Origin: Candidatus Nomurabacteria bacterium
Lineage (GTDB): Bacteria; Patescibacteriota; Minisyncoccia; Phycocordibacterales; SBAW01
NCBI GenBank assembly: GCA_020854065.1
Contig: JADZGF010000010.1
Span: 1-44,520, forward strand
Direction of reading: 5' to 3'
Length of the DNA: 44,520 bases
Numbering within the stretch: position 1 is the first letter of the stretch; every line of letters begins with the position of its first letter. A program made the translations under genes and the position numbers. Below, piece by piece: positions 1 through 8,683 of this stretch. Below the pieces are notes generated by a model. That model made no database searches and was not told the origin of the DNA. It worked only from the letters and a program-made list of their open reading frames with translations.

Positions 1-70
1 ACCTCATATCTCGAATCTCGCCCCCGCCATGCCGACGAAGAAAAAAACGGCATAACCTCTCTTAACTAAT

Positions 71-1303
71 ATGATTGTCCGGACATTCCTGCTTGCGCTT
101 GCGTTTGGCGCAGCAACTGGTGCCTGGATGTATCTTCCAAGTGTGTTTGCGGTCACTTATAGCGAACCCACCACGGGAGCATTGCCGCTCGCGACATCTA
201 CACCGCCCGCCTACAAAGCAGAGATAGGTTTACATATTGAACGCCCTGAGCCACTCAAAGCGATTTATATGTCGCAGTGTGTTTCAGGCACACCGAGTTT
301 CAGACAAGAGCTTGTTGATCTTGTTGATTCTACAGAACTCAATGCCATCATTATCGACATCCGTGATTTTACGGGAAAGATTTCATTCCCCACTGAGAAC
401 CCGAACCTTTCAGGAATGGTCTCGGATAAGTGTGGGGCTAGAGATATGCGCAGTTTTATCAAAACACTGCACGAGAAAGATATCTTTGTCATCGGTCGTA
501 TCACGGTCTTCCAAAACCCATACTGGAGTGAGCTTCATCCGGAGCATGCAGTGCAGCATGTAGACGGTGGTGTGTGGCACGACCGCAAAGGACTTGCCTT
601 TGTTGATGTCGGTGCAAAACCGTATTGGGAGAGCGTGGTTGAGCTGGCAAAGGAATCGTACGCTATTGGATTTGATGAAATAAATTTTGATTACATCCGC
701 TATCCATCCGATGGTGTTATGGCAAATGCAGTCTACTCCTGGAGCGAAGGGGTGAGTAAGGAGAAAAAACTTGAGGAGTTCTATCAATACCTGCATGAGA
801 ATCTGAAAGACACCGGAATGGTACTTTCAGCTGATTTGTTTGGATATACCACCATCAATAATGATGACCTTGGTATTGGTCAGGTACTTGAACGTGCGCT
901 GCCATATTTTGACTATATATACCCCATGGTCTATCCGAGCCACTTTAACAATGGCTTTGCGGGGTTAACTTCTCCGAACGATGATGTGTATCAAGTCATC
1001 GCGCAGTCTATGGGGCCTGGTATCGCACGGGCGCTTGCCACAACGACTCGACACGCATCGCTCGTGTATGACGCTATTGCATCCACTAGTCCGCAGCTCT
1101 ATCAAAAGCCTGCGTATAAAGGAAAGGTGGTGCCGTGGCTCCAAGACTTTGACTACCCGGTTCCGTACACGCCTGAGATGGTACGGGCACAAATCAAAGC
1201 GACTGAGGATGTGGGGGAGCGATCGTATCTTTTCTGGGATGCGGGTAATAAATACTCGAGTTTACGCCAGGTATTGTCAGCTCAGGAAGTTGTGGTACAG
1301 TAG
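71..1303 (+). CDS. Putative secreted or membrane-anchored glycoside hydrolase, GHL10/DUF4015-like TIM-barrel family
   Basis: 410-aa ORF with an N-terminal hydrophobic signal/anchor (LLALAFGAATGAWMYL). Motifs IIIDIRDFTG, FQNPYW and DEINFDYIRYPSDG match this family as I recall it. Confidence 0.7.
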   Translation: MIVRTFLLALAFGAATGAWMYLPSVFAVTYSEPTTGALPLATSTPPAYKAEIGLHIERPEPLKAIYMSQCVSGTPSFRQELVDLVDSTELNAIIIDIRDFTGKISFPTENPNLSGMVSDKCGARDMRSFIKTLHEKDIFVIGRITVFQNPYWSELHPEHAVQHVDGGVWHDRKGLAFVDVGAKPYWESVVELAKESYAIGFDEINFDYIRYPSDGVMANAVYSWSEGVSKEKKLEEFYQYLHENLKDTGMVLSADLFGYTTINNDDLGIGQVLERALPYFDYIYPMVYPSHFNNGFAGLTSPNDDVYQVIAQSMGPGIARALATTTRHASLVYDAIASTSPQLYQKPAYKGKVVPWLQDFDYPVPYTPEMVRAQIKATEDVGERSYLFWDAGNKYSSLRQVLSAQEVVVQ

Positions 1304-1333
1304 TGCAGGTTTCCTCTCATATGGAGTCTATCC

Positions 1334-1594
1334 ATGCGTCGTATTAATCGACGTTCGCTCTTTCTTGCTTCTGCCGCATCGGTCGTAGTGGTCGGCACCC
1401 GTGCTGCAGTAGTTGCAGACGTGCGGCCGCCACACTCTGAGTTGGAAAAGAAATACTTCGACTCAATCTGCAATCTTGGCTTTGGTGACAAGGCATACAT
1501 CGAGGCGAATCCACTTCCACTTCCCGGCGACGGTCCTCATATGCTCTACTGCAAGTCCTGCTACCGTGATTTGACCGGCGTCCGCCCGGTCTGA
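1334..1594 (+). CDS. Small secreted protein with a twin-arginine-like signal peptide, function unknown
   Basis: 86-aa ORF. The N-terminus MRRINRRSLFLASAASVVVVG fits the S/T-R-R-x-F-L Tat pattern followed by a hydrophobic core. It has three Cys residues and is followed by terminator 1617-1645. Confidence 0.45.
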   Translation: MRRINRRSLFLASAASVVVVGTRAAVVADVRPPHSELEKKYFDSICNLGFGDKAYIEANPLPLPGDGPHMLYCKSCYRDLTGVRPV

Positions 1595-1616
1595 CGAATT
1601 CTGTTTCTGCAGCATT

Positions 1617-1645
1617 AAAACCCGGCCAATCAGCCGGGTTTTCTC
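1617..1645 (+). terminator. Rho-independent terminator
   Basis: aaaaCCCGGCcaatcaGCCGGGttttctc: a GC stem-loop followed by a T-run, directly after the stop at 1594. Confidence 0.6.
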
Positions 1646-1700
1646 TTGGCTCGGCGATAAAAAAGTAGTAGGGTAAGGTCGGATTCCTGGAGAGAACTTC

Positions 1701-1970
1701 ATGACAGATCTTGCTCCCGACTTCGATCGTTCGTGCCGCGCATGCGGTATCGAGCTCAAAGAAATGCCCATCATACCCTTCACGGAAGTGACTTTTTGTA
1801 TGCCCATACGCATCTTGCAGTGTTCAGGATGCAAAGGGCGACTCTTTGTCTTTGATGCTCCCGTGAAGCCGTTGGTGTTACGTAGTGACGAGATTCGTCA
1901 CCAGTATCCGTTTGCCGATTTCCTCGCTAGACGGATGGAGGCACATAGTCGCAAGCATAGCAGTAACTGA
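1701..1970 (+). CDS. Small zinc-ribbon-like protein, function unknown
   Basis: 89-aa ORF with a GGAG-type SD at 1688-1691. Two CxxC pairs (CRAC and CSGC) lie about 26 residues apart. Followed by terminator 1981-2007. Confidence 0.45.
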   Translation: MTDLAPDFDRSCRACGIELKEMPIIPFTEVTFCMPIRILQCSGCKGRLFVFDAPVKPLVLRSDEIRHQYPFADFLARRMEAHSRKHSSN

Positions 1971-1980
1971 TTATCTTAGA

Positions 1981-2007
1981 CCCGCGCCATGGCGCGGGTT
2001 TCGTTTT
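1981..2007 (+). terminator. Rho-independent terminator
   Basis: CCCGCGCCatGGCGCGGG palindromic GC hairpin followed by tttcgtttt, 11 nt after the stop at 1970. Confidence 0.65.
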
Positions 2008-2022
2008 GCTATACTTAAGCAC

Positions 2023-3762
2023 ATGTACGAGAACCCCGAGCAGATAACATACTTTGCAACCACCAACAGTCGGGGCAAAGAAACCCCTTTCGGTATCAAG
2101 CGCAAAGATCGCGCCCGCCACATGTACATCATCGGCAAGACCGGTATGGGGAAGTCGACCTTGCTCGAGAACATGGCTATCCAAGATATCCGCAATGGAG
2201 AAGGTATGGCCTTTATCGATCCGCACGGCTCTACCGCTGATCGCATCCTTGAATATGTCCCCAAACACCGCCTGAACGACGTGGTGTACTTTGCACCTTT
2301 CGATATGGAACATCCAGTTGCGTTCAATGTCATGGAAGACGTTGGATACGACAAACGTCACTTAGTGGTCTCAGGTCTTCTCTCCGCTTTCCGCAAGATT
2401 TGGGTTGATGCATGGAGTGCCCGCATGGAGTACATCCTCTCTAACACGTTGCTTGCATTGCTTGAGTATCCAGGCGCCACACTTTTGGATGTTAATCGCA
2501 TGTTGATTAATAAAAACTTCCGCAAGAAGGTTGTTGATAATGTGCAGGATCCGTTGGTGAAGAGTTTTTGGGTTGATGAGTTTGCGAACTACACTGATCG
2601 CTACACGCAAGATGCGACTCCCGCAATTCAGAACAAAGTGGGGCAGTTTACCTCAAACCCTCTCATCCGCAACATTGTGGGGCAGGCAAAGAGCTCGTTT
2701 GATATCCGCGAGATTATGGACGAGCGTAAGATCTTGATCATGAACCTCTCCAAGGGTCGCGTGGGTGAGGTGAATGCAACTCTTTTGGGTTCAATGCTCG
2801 TTACCAAAATCTATTTGGCTGCCATGTCTCGTGCCGATGTATCGGCTGATACTTTGCGCAATCTTCCCAACTTCTATTTTTACGTAGACGAGTTCCAGAA
2901 CTTTGCCAACGAATCTTTTAGCGACATTCTTTCTGAGGCGCGTAAGTACAAACTCAATCTTACGATTGCGCACCAGTACGTTGAGCAAATGGAAGAAGAA
3001 GTACGGGATGCAGTCTTTGGCAACGTGGGTACAACCGTTGCGTTTCGTGTCGGGCCGTTTGATGCAGAGACCTTGGAGAAAATATTTGAGCCGCAGTTTA
3101 ACGCCACCGACCTGGTCAATCTTGGCTTTGCTCAAATATATCTCACGCTCATGATAGACGGCGTTGGGTCTCCACCGTTTAGTGCCACCACGCTCCCTCC
3201 TTGGGATCCTCCTCCGGAGCGCTATACCGAAGATGTTATTGCTGCGTCACGTGCGCAGTTTGGTAAGCCACGTGCAGAAGTACAAACCCTTATCGATGAA
3301 TGGGTTCGTTCTGATCCGGTTGTGCAAGAGGCGCCAAAACCAAAGTATGGTGCGCGCAGTAATGGAAATAATGCACCACGTAGCAACCCTGAACCACGTC
3401 CGACACCGCCTCCTGTACCGGTGGTGCAGGAAAAACCATACGTTCATGTGGAAGCTCCGCGTGCACCCGCTCCAAAAGATCCGCATGAGTTAGGGGAGCG
3501 TTTGGCACACAAGCATGAGATGGCACAAAGCAAAGCGATGCGACCAGAGCCTCCAGCGCCGCGTGCTCCGCAACAGCCTCCGAAGCCAAAACTTGAAGGC
3601 GCAAACTCACTTAAGGATGCACTTGCGGCAATACAGCGGAACCGTCCGACACTGCACTCTTCAAAAGAATCTCCCGATCAGCATCCAAAAAGATCTGAGC
3701 GACCCCCCTTGTCTAAAGAGGAGATGGCGGCTATGCTAGCCGTCGATGAAACCGACCGTTAA
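2023..3762 (+). CDS. TraD/TraG/VirD4-family (type IV coupling-protein-like) P-loop ATPase, soluble, with a disordered Pro/Lys-rich tail
   Basis: The ORF track starts at 1885, but its first 46 codons span the terminator hairpin and overlap the upstream ORF. The first ATG after the terminator is 2023 (MYENPEQITYF). Walker A is GKTGMGKST and the Walker B-like segment is FYFYVDEFQNF. RKYKLNLTIAHQY...VGTTVAFRVG matches the TraG/TraD C-terminal module. No N-terminal TM helices. The last ~160 aa are low complexity (PKPK, PPAPRAPQQPPKPK). Confidence 0.75.
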   Translation: MYENPEQITYFATTNSRGKETPFGIKRKDRARHMYIIGKTGMGKSTLLENMAIQDIRNGEGMAFIDPHGSTADRILEYVPKHRLNDVVYFAPFDMEHPVAFNVMEDVGYDKRHLVVSGLLSAFRKIWVDAWSARMEYILSNTLLALLEYPGATLLDVNRMLINKNFRKKVVDNVQDPLVKSFWVDEFANYTDRYTQDATPAIQNKVGQFTSNPLIRNIVGQAKSSFDIREIMDERKILIMNLSKGRVGEVNATLLGSMLVTKIYLAAMSRADVSADTLRNLPNFYFYVDEFQNFANESFSDILSEARKYKLNLTIAHQYVEQMEEEVRDAVFGNVGTTVAFRVGPFDAETLEKIFEPQFNATDLVNLGFAQIYLTLMIDGVGSPPFSATTLPPWDPPPERYTEDVIAASRAQFGKPRAEVQTLIDEWVRSDPVVQEAPKPKYGARSNGNNAPRSNPEPRPTPPPVPVVQEKPYVHVEAPRAPAPKDPHELGERLAHKHEMAQSKAMRPEPPAPRAPQQPPKPKLEGANSLKDALAAIQRNRPTLHSSKESPDQHPKRSERPPLSKEEMAAMLAVDETDR

Positions 3763-4855
3763 AGCGCTAGCGACTCTCGCTCTCCTCGCTTTTGCCTTGC
3801 CTGCCCTTGCCGCGGTCAATATAAATACTGCCGGTCTGGACGAACTTGATGCCCTCCCAGGTATTGGGTCTGTAAAAGCTCAGGCCATTATCGACTACCG
3901 TACTGCAAACGGTCCGTTTGAAACAAAAGAGGAGTTACTCCAGGTCGATGGTATTGGGCAAGTAACATACGATGGACTTAAAGACCTCATCACAATTGAT
4001 GGGGAAAATAGTGCACACACCACTACCGCTGAAGACGATACCGACACTGCCGAGGAAACAGAAACTCCGTCAACGAGCTCCGGCTCATCTTCCAACAAGG
4101 GCGCGCCACTTAAGGGAGTAAAGATAAATTACGATACTGTTGTTGCTCAAGCGCCTACCACGTTCACTTCGGTAGTAACTGATACAAAAGGAACCGAACT
4201 TACCTACGGTGTACGTTACTGGTGGAATTTTGGCGACGGTACCACGGGGACCGACGCATTTCCTGTACATACGTACCAACATCCTGGTACGTACACGGTA
4301 ACTTTGCGCGTCACGCACAAAGATCTCGACGTATCCACTGAAGCAACAGTCGATGTGCTTACATCAGGTATTACACTGAGCACTCCGGGTGACGGTTCTG
4401 TTGCACTTAAAAATACAACGAATGCAGCAATAGATATTGGAGGTTGGATGCTGGTCGACCAAGATATCATCTTTACCATTCCTTCTGGTACGCGCATTGC
4501 AAAAGGTGCTGAAGTCCGTTTTGCCCGCTCCGTTACCGGACTTTTTGGCACGACATTTACGAGACTCTTGTTCCCGAACGGTATTCTTGCTGCTTCGGTA
4601 GTGGAGCCACAAAAGGATGTTCGAGTAGTGTCAGGAGCAGCGCCAAGTCATGTGCATCAAGAAATGGTGCCGCAAGAATCGGTACCTTCTGTAGATACTT
4701 CTCAATCAGCCGCTGTGGCACATACGCCACTTTCCCCATCTGTACTGCCATGGGCTGGACTTGTTGGCGTGGTGGCACTTGGATCTTTGGGTACCTACTT
4801 TTACACCCGCCGCCCGGTAACCAAGGCAAACCCTGAAGAGTTTGATATTGTGTAA
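3746..4855 (+). CDS. ComEA-like helix-hairpin-helix DNA-binding surface protein fused to PKD and lamin-tail (LTD)-like domains, C-terminally anchored
   Basis: Signal peptide MKPTVKALATLALLAFALPALA. INTAGLDELDALPGIGSVKAQAIIDYRTANGPFETKEELLQVDGIG is the ComEA HhH motif. An acidic Thr/Ser linker follows. WNFGDGTTG...HTYQHPGTYTVTLRVT is a PKD signature. VALKNTTNAAIDIGGWMLVD is LTD-like. The C-terminus has LPWAG plus a hydrophobic helix plus RRP. Confidence 0.75.
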   Translation: MKPTVKALATLALLAFALPALAAVNINTAGLDELDALPGIGSVKAQAIIDYRTANGPFETKEELLQVDGIGQVTYDGLKDLITIDGENSAHTTTAEDDTDTAEETETPSTSSGSSSNKGAPLKGVKINYDTVVAQAPTTFTSVVTDTKGTELTYGVRYWWNFGDGTTGTDAFPVHTYQHPGTYTVTLRVTHKDLDVSTEATVDVLTSGITLSTPGDGSVALKNTTNAAIDIGGWMLVDQDIIFTIPSGTRIAKGAEVRFARSVTGLFGTTFTRLLFPNGILAASVVEPQKDVRVVSGAAPSHVHQEMVPQESVPSVDTSQSAAVAHTPLSPSVLPWAGLVGVVALGSLGTYFYTRRPVTKANPEEFDIV

Positions 4856-4860
4856 CTAAC

Positions 4861-5709
4861 ATGGCTAAAACAGTAGTGGTAACCGGTGGAGCCGGATTTG
4901 TTGGTTCGCGTCTCTGTGAGCGCTTGGTGCGTGAAGGGTATCATGTTATCTCACTCGACAATTATTTTACGGGCACTGAGGAGAAACATATCGATGGGGT
5001 TGAATATCGAGTGGGACATACCAAAGATATTGCAAAGCTTGTCCCTGAAACACCCGACCTTATTTACCATTTGGGTGAGTATGCACGTGTTGAACAAAGC
5101 CTAAGCGAACCCCAAGTGGTGTGGGACCTTAATATAGCAGGAACTCAGGGTGTGCTTGAGTTTTGGCGTGCAAAAAAATGTAAACTCATTTATGCAGGTT
5201 CGAGCACCAAATTTGGCGATGGAGGTCTTTCTCGTGTAGCGACTCCGTATGCATGGACAAAGGCGGCCAATACCGAACTCGTTAAAAACTACGCAACATG
5301 GTATGGACTCCCTTTTGCTATTACCTACTTTTACAACGTATACGGCCCCGGTGAACGTGCCGGCAAGTATGGAACTGTCATTGAAATCTTCCGACAAAAG
5401 AAAGCTGCAGGAGAGCCGATTACGATAACCGCACCGGGTACTCAGAAGCGTAACTTTACGCACGTTGATGATATTGTTGATGGTCTAATCTTAGTTGGCG
5501 AGAAAGGTGAGGGTGAAGAATTTGGATTGGGTTCTGAGGAACCTTACTCTATACGCGAAGTAGCTGAGATGTTCGGCGGTCCTATCGAGATGCGCCCCGA
5601 AGCTGCAGGAAATCGTATGGACTCTATGCTTGATATCACGAAGTCTCGTGCAATTGGATGGTCTGCAAAAAAGAAACTGCCAGAATACATCAAGAGCATA
5701 CTCGCATGA
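4861..5709 (+). CDS. NAD-dependent nucleotide-sugar epimerase/dehydratase (extended SDR)
   Basis: VVVTGGAGFVGSRLCERL Rossmann motif, a YxxxK catalytic pair (YAWTK), and the GTQKRNFTHVDD motif typical of UDP-sugar epimerase/decarboxylase SDRs. Confidence 0.8.
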   Translation: MAKTVVVTGGAGFVGSRLCERLVREGYHVISLDNYFTGTEEKHIDGVEYRVGHTKDIAKLVPETPDLIYHLGEYARVEQSLSEPQVVWDLNIAGTQGVLEFWRAKKCKLIYAGSSTKFGDGGLSRVATPYAWTKAANTELVKNYATWYGLPFAITYFYNVYGPGERAGKYGTVIEIFRQKKAAGEPITITAPGTQKRNFTHVDDIVDGLILVGEKGEGEEFGLGSEEPYSIREVAEMFGGPIEMRPEAAGNRMDSMLDITKSRAIGWSAKKKLPEYIKSILA

Positions 5710-6788
5710 AACGCCTCCTTATATTTAGTCTTGCCTACCATCCGCGTGTGGGCGGTGCTGAGGTTGCAATAAAAGAGATTACGGACCGTATCCAAGATGT
5801 CGAGTTCCATCTTGTTACCAAGCGCTTTTCATCGAGTGACTCTGTGTTTGAGCGGTTAGGTAACGTGCAAGTGCATCGAGTAGGCGGTCCCGCATTTTTG
5901 TATCCGTTTGTGTCTTTCCTTAAAGCGCGCCAACTCCATCGGCAAAAAAAATTTGATGGTGCCTGGGCCATGATGTCATACATGGTTTTACCTATAGTGC
6001 TTCTGCGTATGGGTGGTATACGGCTTCCATATGTATTGACGCTCCAAGAAGGCGACACGTATGAGTATATGTTCGGTCGTCTCCACATTAAACCGTTTCT
6101 GCCATTTATCGATCGCGGCGTTCGCAACGCAGCCATTGTTCAGACAATCTCTACCTTCCTCAGTGTGTGGGCACGCAAGCGTGGCTATCACGGCGATATT
6201 GTCGTTGTGCCAAACGGAGTCGACACAAAAAAGTTTTCCGGTGAACATGTTCCGCAGAAAGGAACCACTCTTATTACGACCTCGCGCTTAGTGCATAAAA
6301 ACGGTATCGATACTGTCATCCGTGCGCTTCCGAATCTACCCAATGTTGAGTTTGTGATTTGTGGTACTGGTCCGGACGAGCAGATGCTGAAGACTCTTGC
6401 GAAAGAACTCGGGGTGACGGAGCGTGTTCATTGGCGCGGATTTGTAAGTCACGATGACATGCCACGACACTTGCATCACTCCGATATATTTATCCGCCCA
6501 AGTCGCTCCGAAGGAATGGGTAATTCATTTGTCGAAGCGATGGCTGCAGGTCTGCCTGTCATTGCTACACAAGAGGGTGGGCTCAAGGATTTTATCAATA
6601 GCCACACTGCCTGGGTGGTGTGCAAAGATCACCCCGAAGATATTGTTATGGCAGTGCAGGACATATTGGGTAACCCAGAGCACACTAACCGAGTTATACA
6701 AACTGCCCGGGAACTCGCATTTACAAAATATGACTGGGACCTTATTGCCAAAGACATGCGCGAGCAGGTCTTTGCCCGGGTGCTTTAA
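5706..6788 (+). CDS. Glycosyltransferase family 4 (GT-B)
   Basis: Start moved to ATG 5706 (MKRLLIFSLAYHPRVGGAEV), which forms an ATGA overlap with the upstream stop. The C-terminal E-x7-E region is RPSRSEGMGNSFVEAMAAGLPVIAT. Confidence 0.8.
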   Translation: MKRLLIFSLAYHPRVGGAEVAIKEITDRIQDVEFHLVTKRFSSSDSVFERLGNVQVHRVGGPAFLYPFVSFLKARQLHRQKKFDGAWAMMSYMVLPIVLLRMGGIRLPYVLTLQEGDTYEYMFGRLHIKPFLPFIDRGVRNAAIVQTISTFLSVWARKRGYHGDIVVVPNGVDTKKFSGEHVPQKGTTLITTSRLVHKNGIDTVIRALPNLPNVEFVICGTGPDEQMLKTLAKELGVTERVHWRGFVSHDDMPRHLHHSDIFIRPSRSEGMGNSFVEAMAAGLPVIATQEGGLKDFINSHTAWVVCKDHPEDIVMAVQDILGNPEHTNRVIQTARELAFTKYDWDLIAKDMREQVFARVL

Positions 6789-6806
6789 ATCCGCTACGAT
6801 TCATTC

Positions 6807-7796
6807 ATGCGCATCTTACTAGCTGCAGGACTCTACCCACCTGAAAGTGGTGGGCCTGCGACCTATACCAAACTTATTGAAGAGCGTCTTCCGGCGCACG
6901 GCTTTGATGTTACCGTGGTGCCATACCGGACCGTGCGACACTTGCCGGCGGGACTTCGGCATCTTGCCTACTTTGGCAAACTTTTACTTACGCCCACGGA
7001 CCTTATCTACGCGCAAGACACAGTCTCCGTTGGATTGCCGGCAGCGTGTGCGGCACTCTTTTTGCGTGTACCTTTAGTGGTGCGCGTGCCGGGCGACTAT
7101 GCATGGGAACAGGCACGGCAGCGCTTTGGGGTGACTGATGAGCTTGATGAGTTCCAGCAGAAATCGTATGGGCTGCGTGTGTGGTTCCTGCGCATGCTGC
7201 AACGCTTTGTGATTAATCGTGCGCGTCTCGTTATTACTCCGAGCGAGTATATGCGTACGTTAGTGGGGAAATGGACTGACCCAAAAAAGGTACATCGTGT
7301 GTACACTTCTTTACCACTACCTCCGCGCTACGAGTTGCCTGCTGAGCGACCTTCAGGTTTCTTAGTACTTACCGTCGCGCGTCCGGTTCCATGGAAAGGA
7401 CTTGAAGCGCTCGAACGTACTGTGGGGCGTAATAAGAACTGGGTGTATAAGCATATAAACGATCTTCCGCACGAACAGGCGATGGGTTGGATTAAATCGG
7501 CCGACGTGTTTGTGCTTAACTCAACCTATGAAGGACTCTCGCACGTATTAGTTGAGGCGCTGAGTTTGGGTACGCCAGTGATCGCAACAAATGTCGGCGG
7601 CAATCCAGAAGTTGTTGGCGACGCTGGGGTCCTTATCCCTGCGAAAGATGATGAAGCGCTTTATGCTGCATTAAGGGAGGTTGAGGATAATAAGGTGGCA
7701 ACGGCCGAGCGGGTAGCCTGTGGGTTGGTAAAGGTTAAACAGTTTGATATAGAGGTTGCGGTGGGACAACTCGCTGCTCTCCTAAAATCGATATGA
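6807..7796 (+). CDS. Glycosyltransferase family 4 (GT-B)
   Basis: MRILLAAGLYPPESGGPATY N-terminus and STYEGLSHVLVEALSLGTPVIATNVGG E-x7-E motif. Confidence 0.8.
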   Translation: MRILLAAGLYPPESGGPATYTKLIEERLPAHGFDVTVVPYRTVRHLPAGLRHLAYFGKLLLTPTDLIYAQDTVSVGLPAACAALFLRVPLVVRVPGDYAWEQARQRFGVTDELDEFQQKSYGLRVWFLRMLQRFVINRARLVITPSEYMRTLVGKWTDPKKVHRVYTSLPLPPRYELPAERPSGFLVLTVARPVPWKGLEALERTVGRNKNWVYKHINDLPHEQAMGWIKSADVFVLNSTYEGLSHVLVEALSLGTPVIATNVGGNPEVVGDAGVLIPAKDDEALYAALREVEDNKVATAERVACGLVKVKQFDIEVAVGQLAALLKSI

Positions 7797-8683
7797 AAGT
7801 CCTTGCAATAAGCGGCGATAAGCGTTTCAAGCCTGGTAACCCCCGCTACGACCTCCAAGCGTCTGCAGTAGACCTTGCAGTGGTGTACTGGGGTCGGGGA
7901 GCGTTATTTCCCCGTATCCCTGAGGGGCATTTTGATGTGGTGAGTGCACAAGATCCATTTTTCCGCGGTCTATTCGCGTGGTATGTAGCTAAAAGATTAA
8001 AGGCCCGCTTTAATGTTCAGGTGCATACTGATCTCTCAGCACAACCATTTTTTAAATACTTCATTGCAAAAAAAGTCTTGCGTCACGCCGACACTGTCCG
8101 TGTCGTTTCAAAAAAAGGGAAAAGCCAGATTGAACATATACGGGTGCGTGGGTGTATTTCGATACTTCCGGTGTTCACTGACCTCAGCCGTTTTTCCTCC
8201 ATTGTGCGCAAACCAGACCCGCATACTATTCTTTGGGTTGGTCGCTTTGAAGTAGAGAAGAATCCTTTCTATGCGCTTGATGTGCTTAAGTATGTACGAA
8301 AGCAGGGGGTTGATGCACGTCTTGTCATGTTGGGTGATGGCTCGCTGCGCGGAATGCTTGAGGGCAAGGCGTCCGCTCTGTCGCTTCCGGTTGAGTTTCC
8401 TGGTTGGCATGATCCCGCTCCCTATCTTGCAACAGCTACACTCGTGCTCTCGACCTCTGTCCATGAAAGTTGGGGTGCCAGTATTATCGAAGCACTCGCA
8501 GCAGGCGTGCCTGTCGTTGCTCCTGATGTGGGTATTGCGCGTGAGGCAGGAGCTATTGTAGTCTCACACGAGCATATGCCGGGTATTGTTACTGAAGCGC
8601 TCCAGAGCGGTGCAGAGACACACCTAGCGATCACTATGCCGTCTAAAGATGAATGGGTAAAAGAGTGGGTTACAACATTATGA
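7793..8683 (+). CDS. Glycosyltransferase family 4-like (GT-B)
   Basis: ATGA overlap with the upstream gene. Motifs WVGRFEVEKNP and HESWGASIIEALAAGVPVVAPDVG. Confidence 0.7.
   Translation: MKVLAISGDKRFKPGNPRYDLQASAVDLAVVYWGRGALFPRIPEGHFDVVSAQDPFFRGLFAWYVAKRLKARFNVQVHTDLSAQPFFKYFIAKKVLRHADTVRVVSKKGKSQIEHIRVRGCISILPVFTDLSRFSSIVRKPDPHTILWVGRFEVEKNPFYALDVLKYVRKQGVDARLVMLGDGSLRGMLEGKASALSLPVEFPGWHDPAPYLATATLVLSTSVHESWGASIIEALAAGVPVVAPDVGIAREAGAIVVSHEHMPGIVTEALQSGAETHLAITMPSKDEWVKEWVTTL

Noticed and set aside
1-69. Possible 3-prime end of an upstream + strand gene (frame 1 is open to the TAA at 67-69)
   Set aside because: Only 22 codons are visible and carry no informative motif, so the call cannot be supported.
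1885-2022. N-terminal extensions suggested by the ORF track. The track starts are 1885, 5658, 8653, 10420, 13671, 16253, 26001, 26977, 33370, 38158, 39413 and 40335.
   Set aside because: In each case an internal ATG gives the family-typical N-terminus and a 1-14 nt overlap or short gap with the upstream stop (ATGA or TAATG). The extensions overlap upstream genes or terminators.
2023-3762. Conjugative or integrative mobile element inferred from the coupling-protein-like ATPase
   Set aside because: The window has no relaxase, VirB4/VirB6/VirB8-11, integrase, repeats or compositional break. The gene is embedded among ordinary genes, so I did not call a mobile element.
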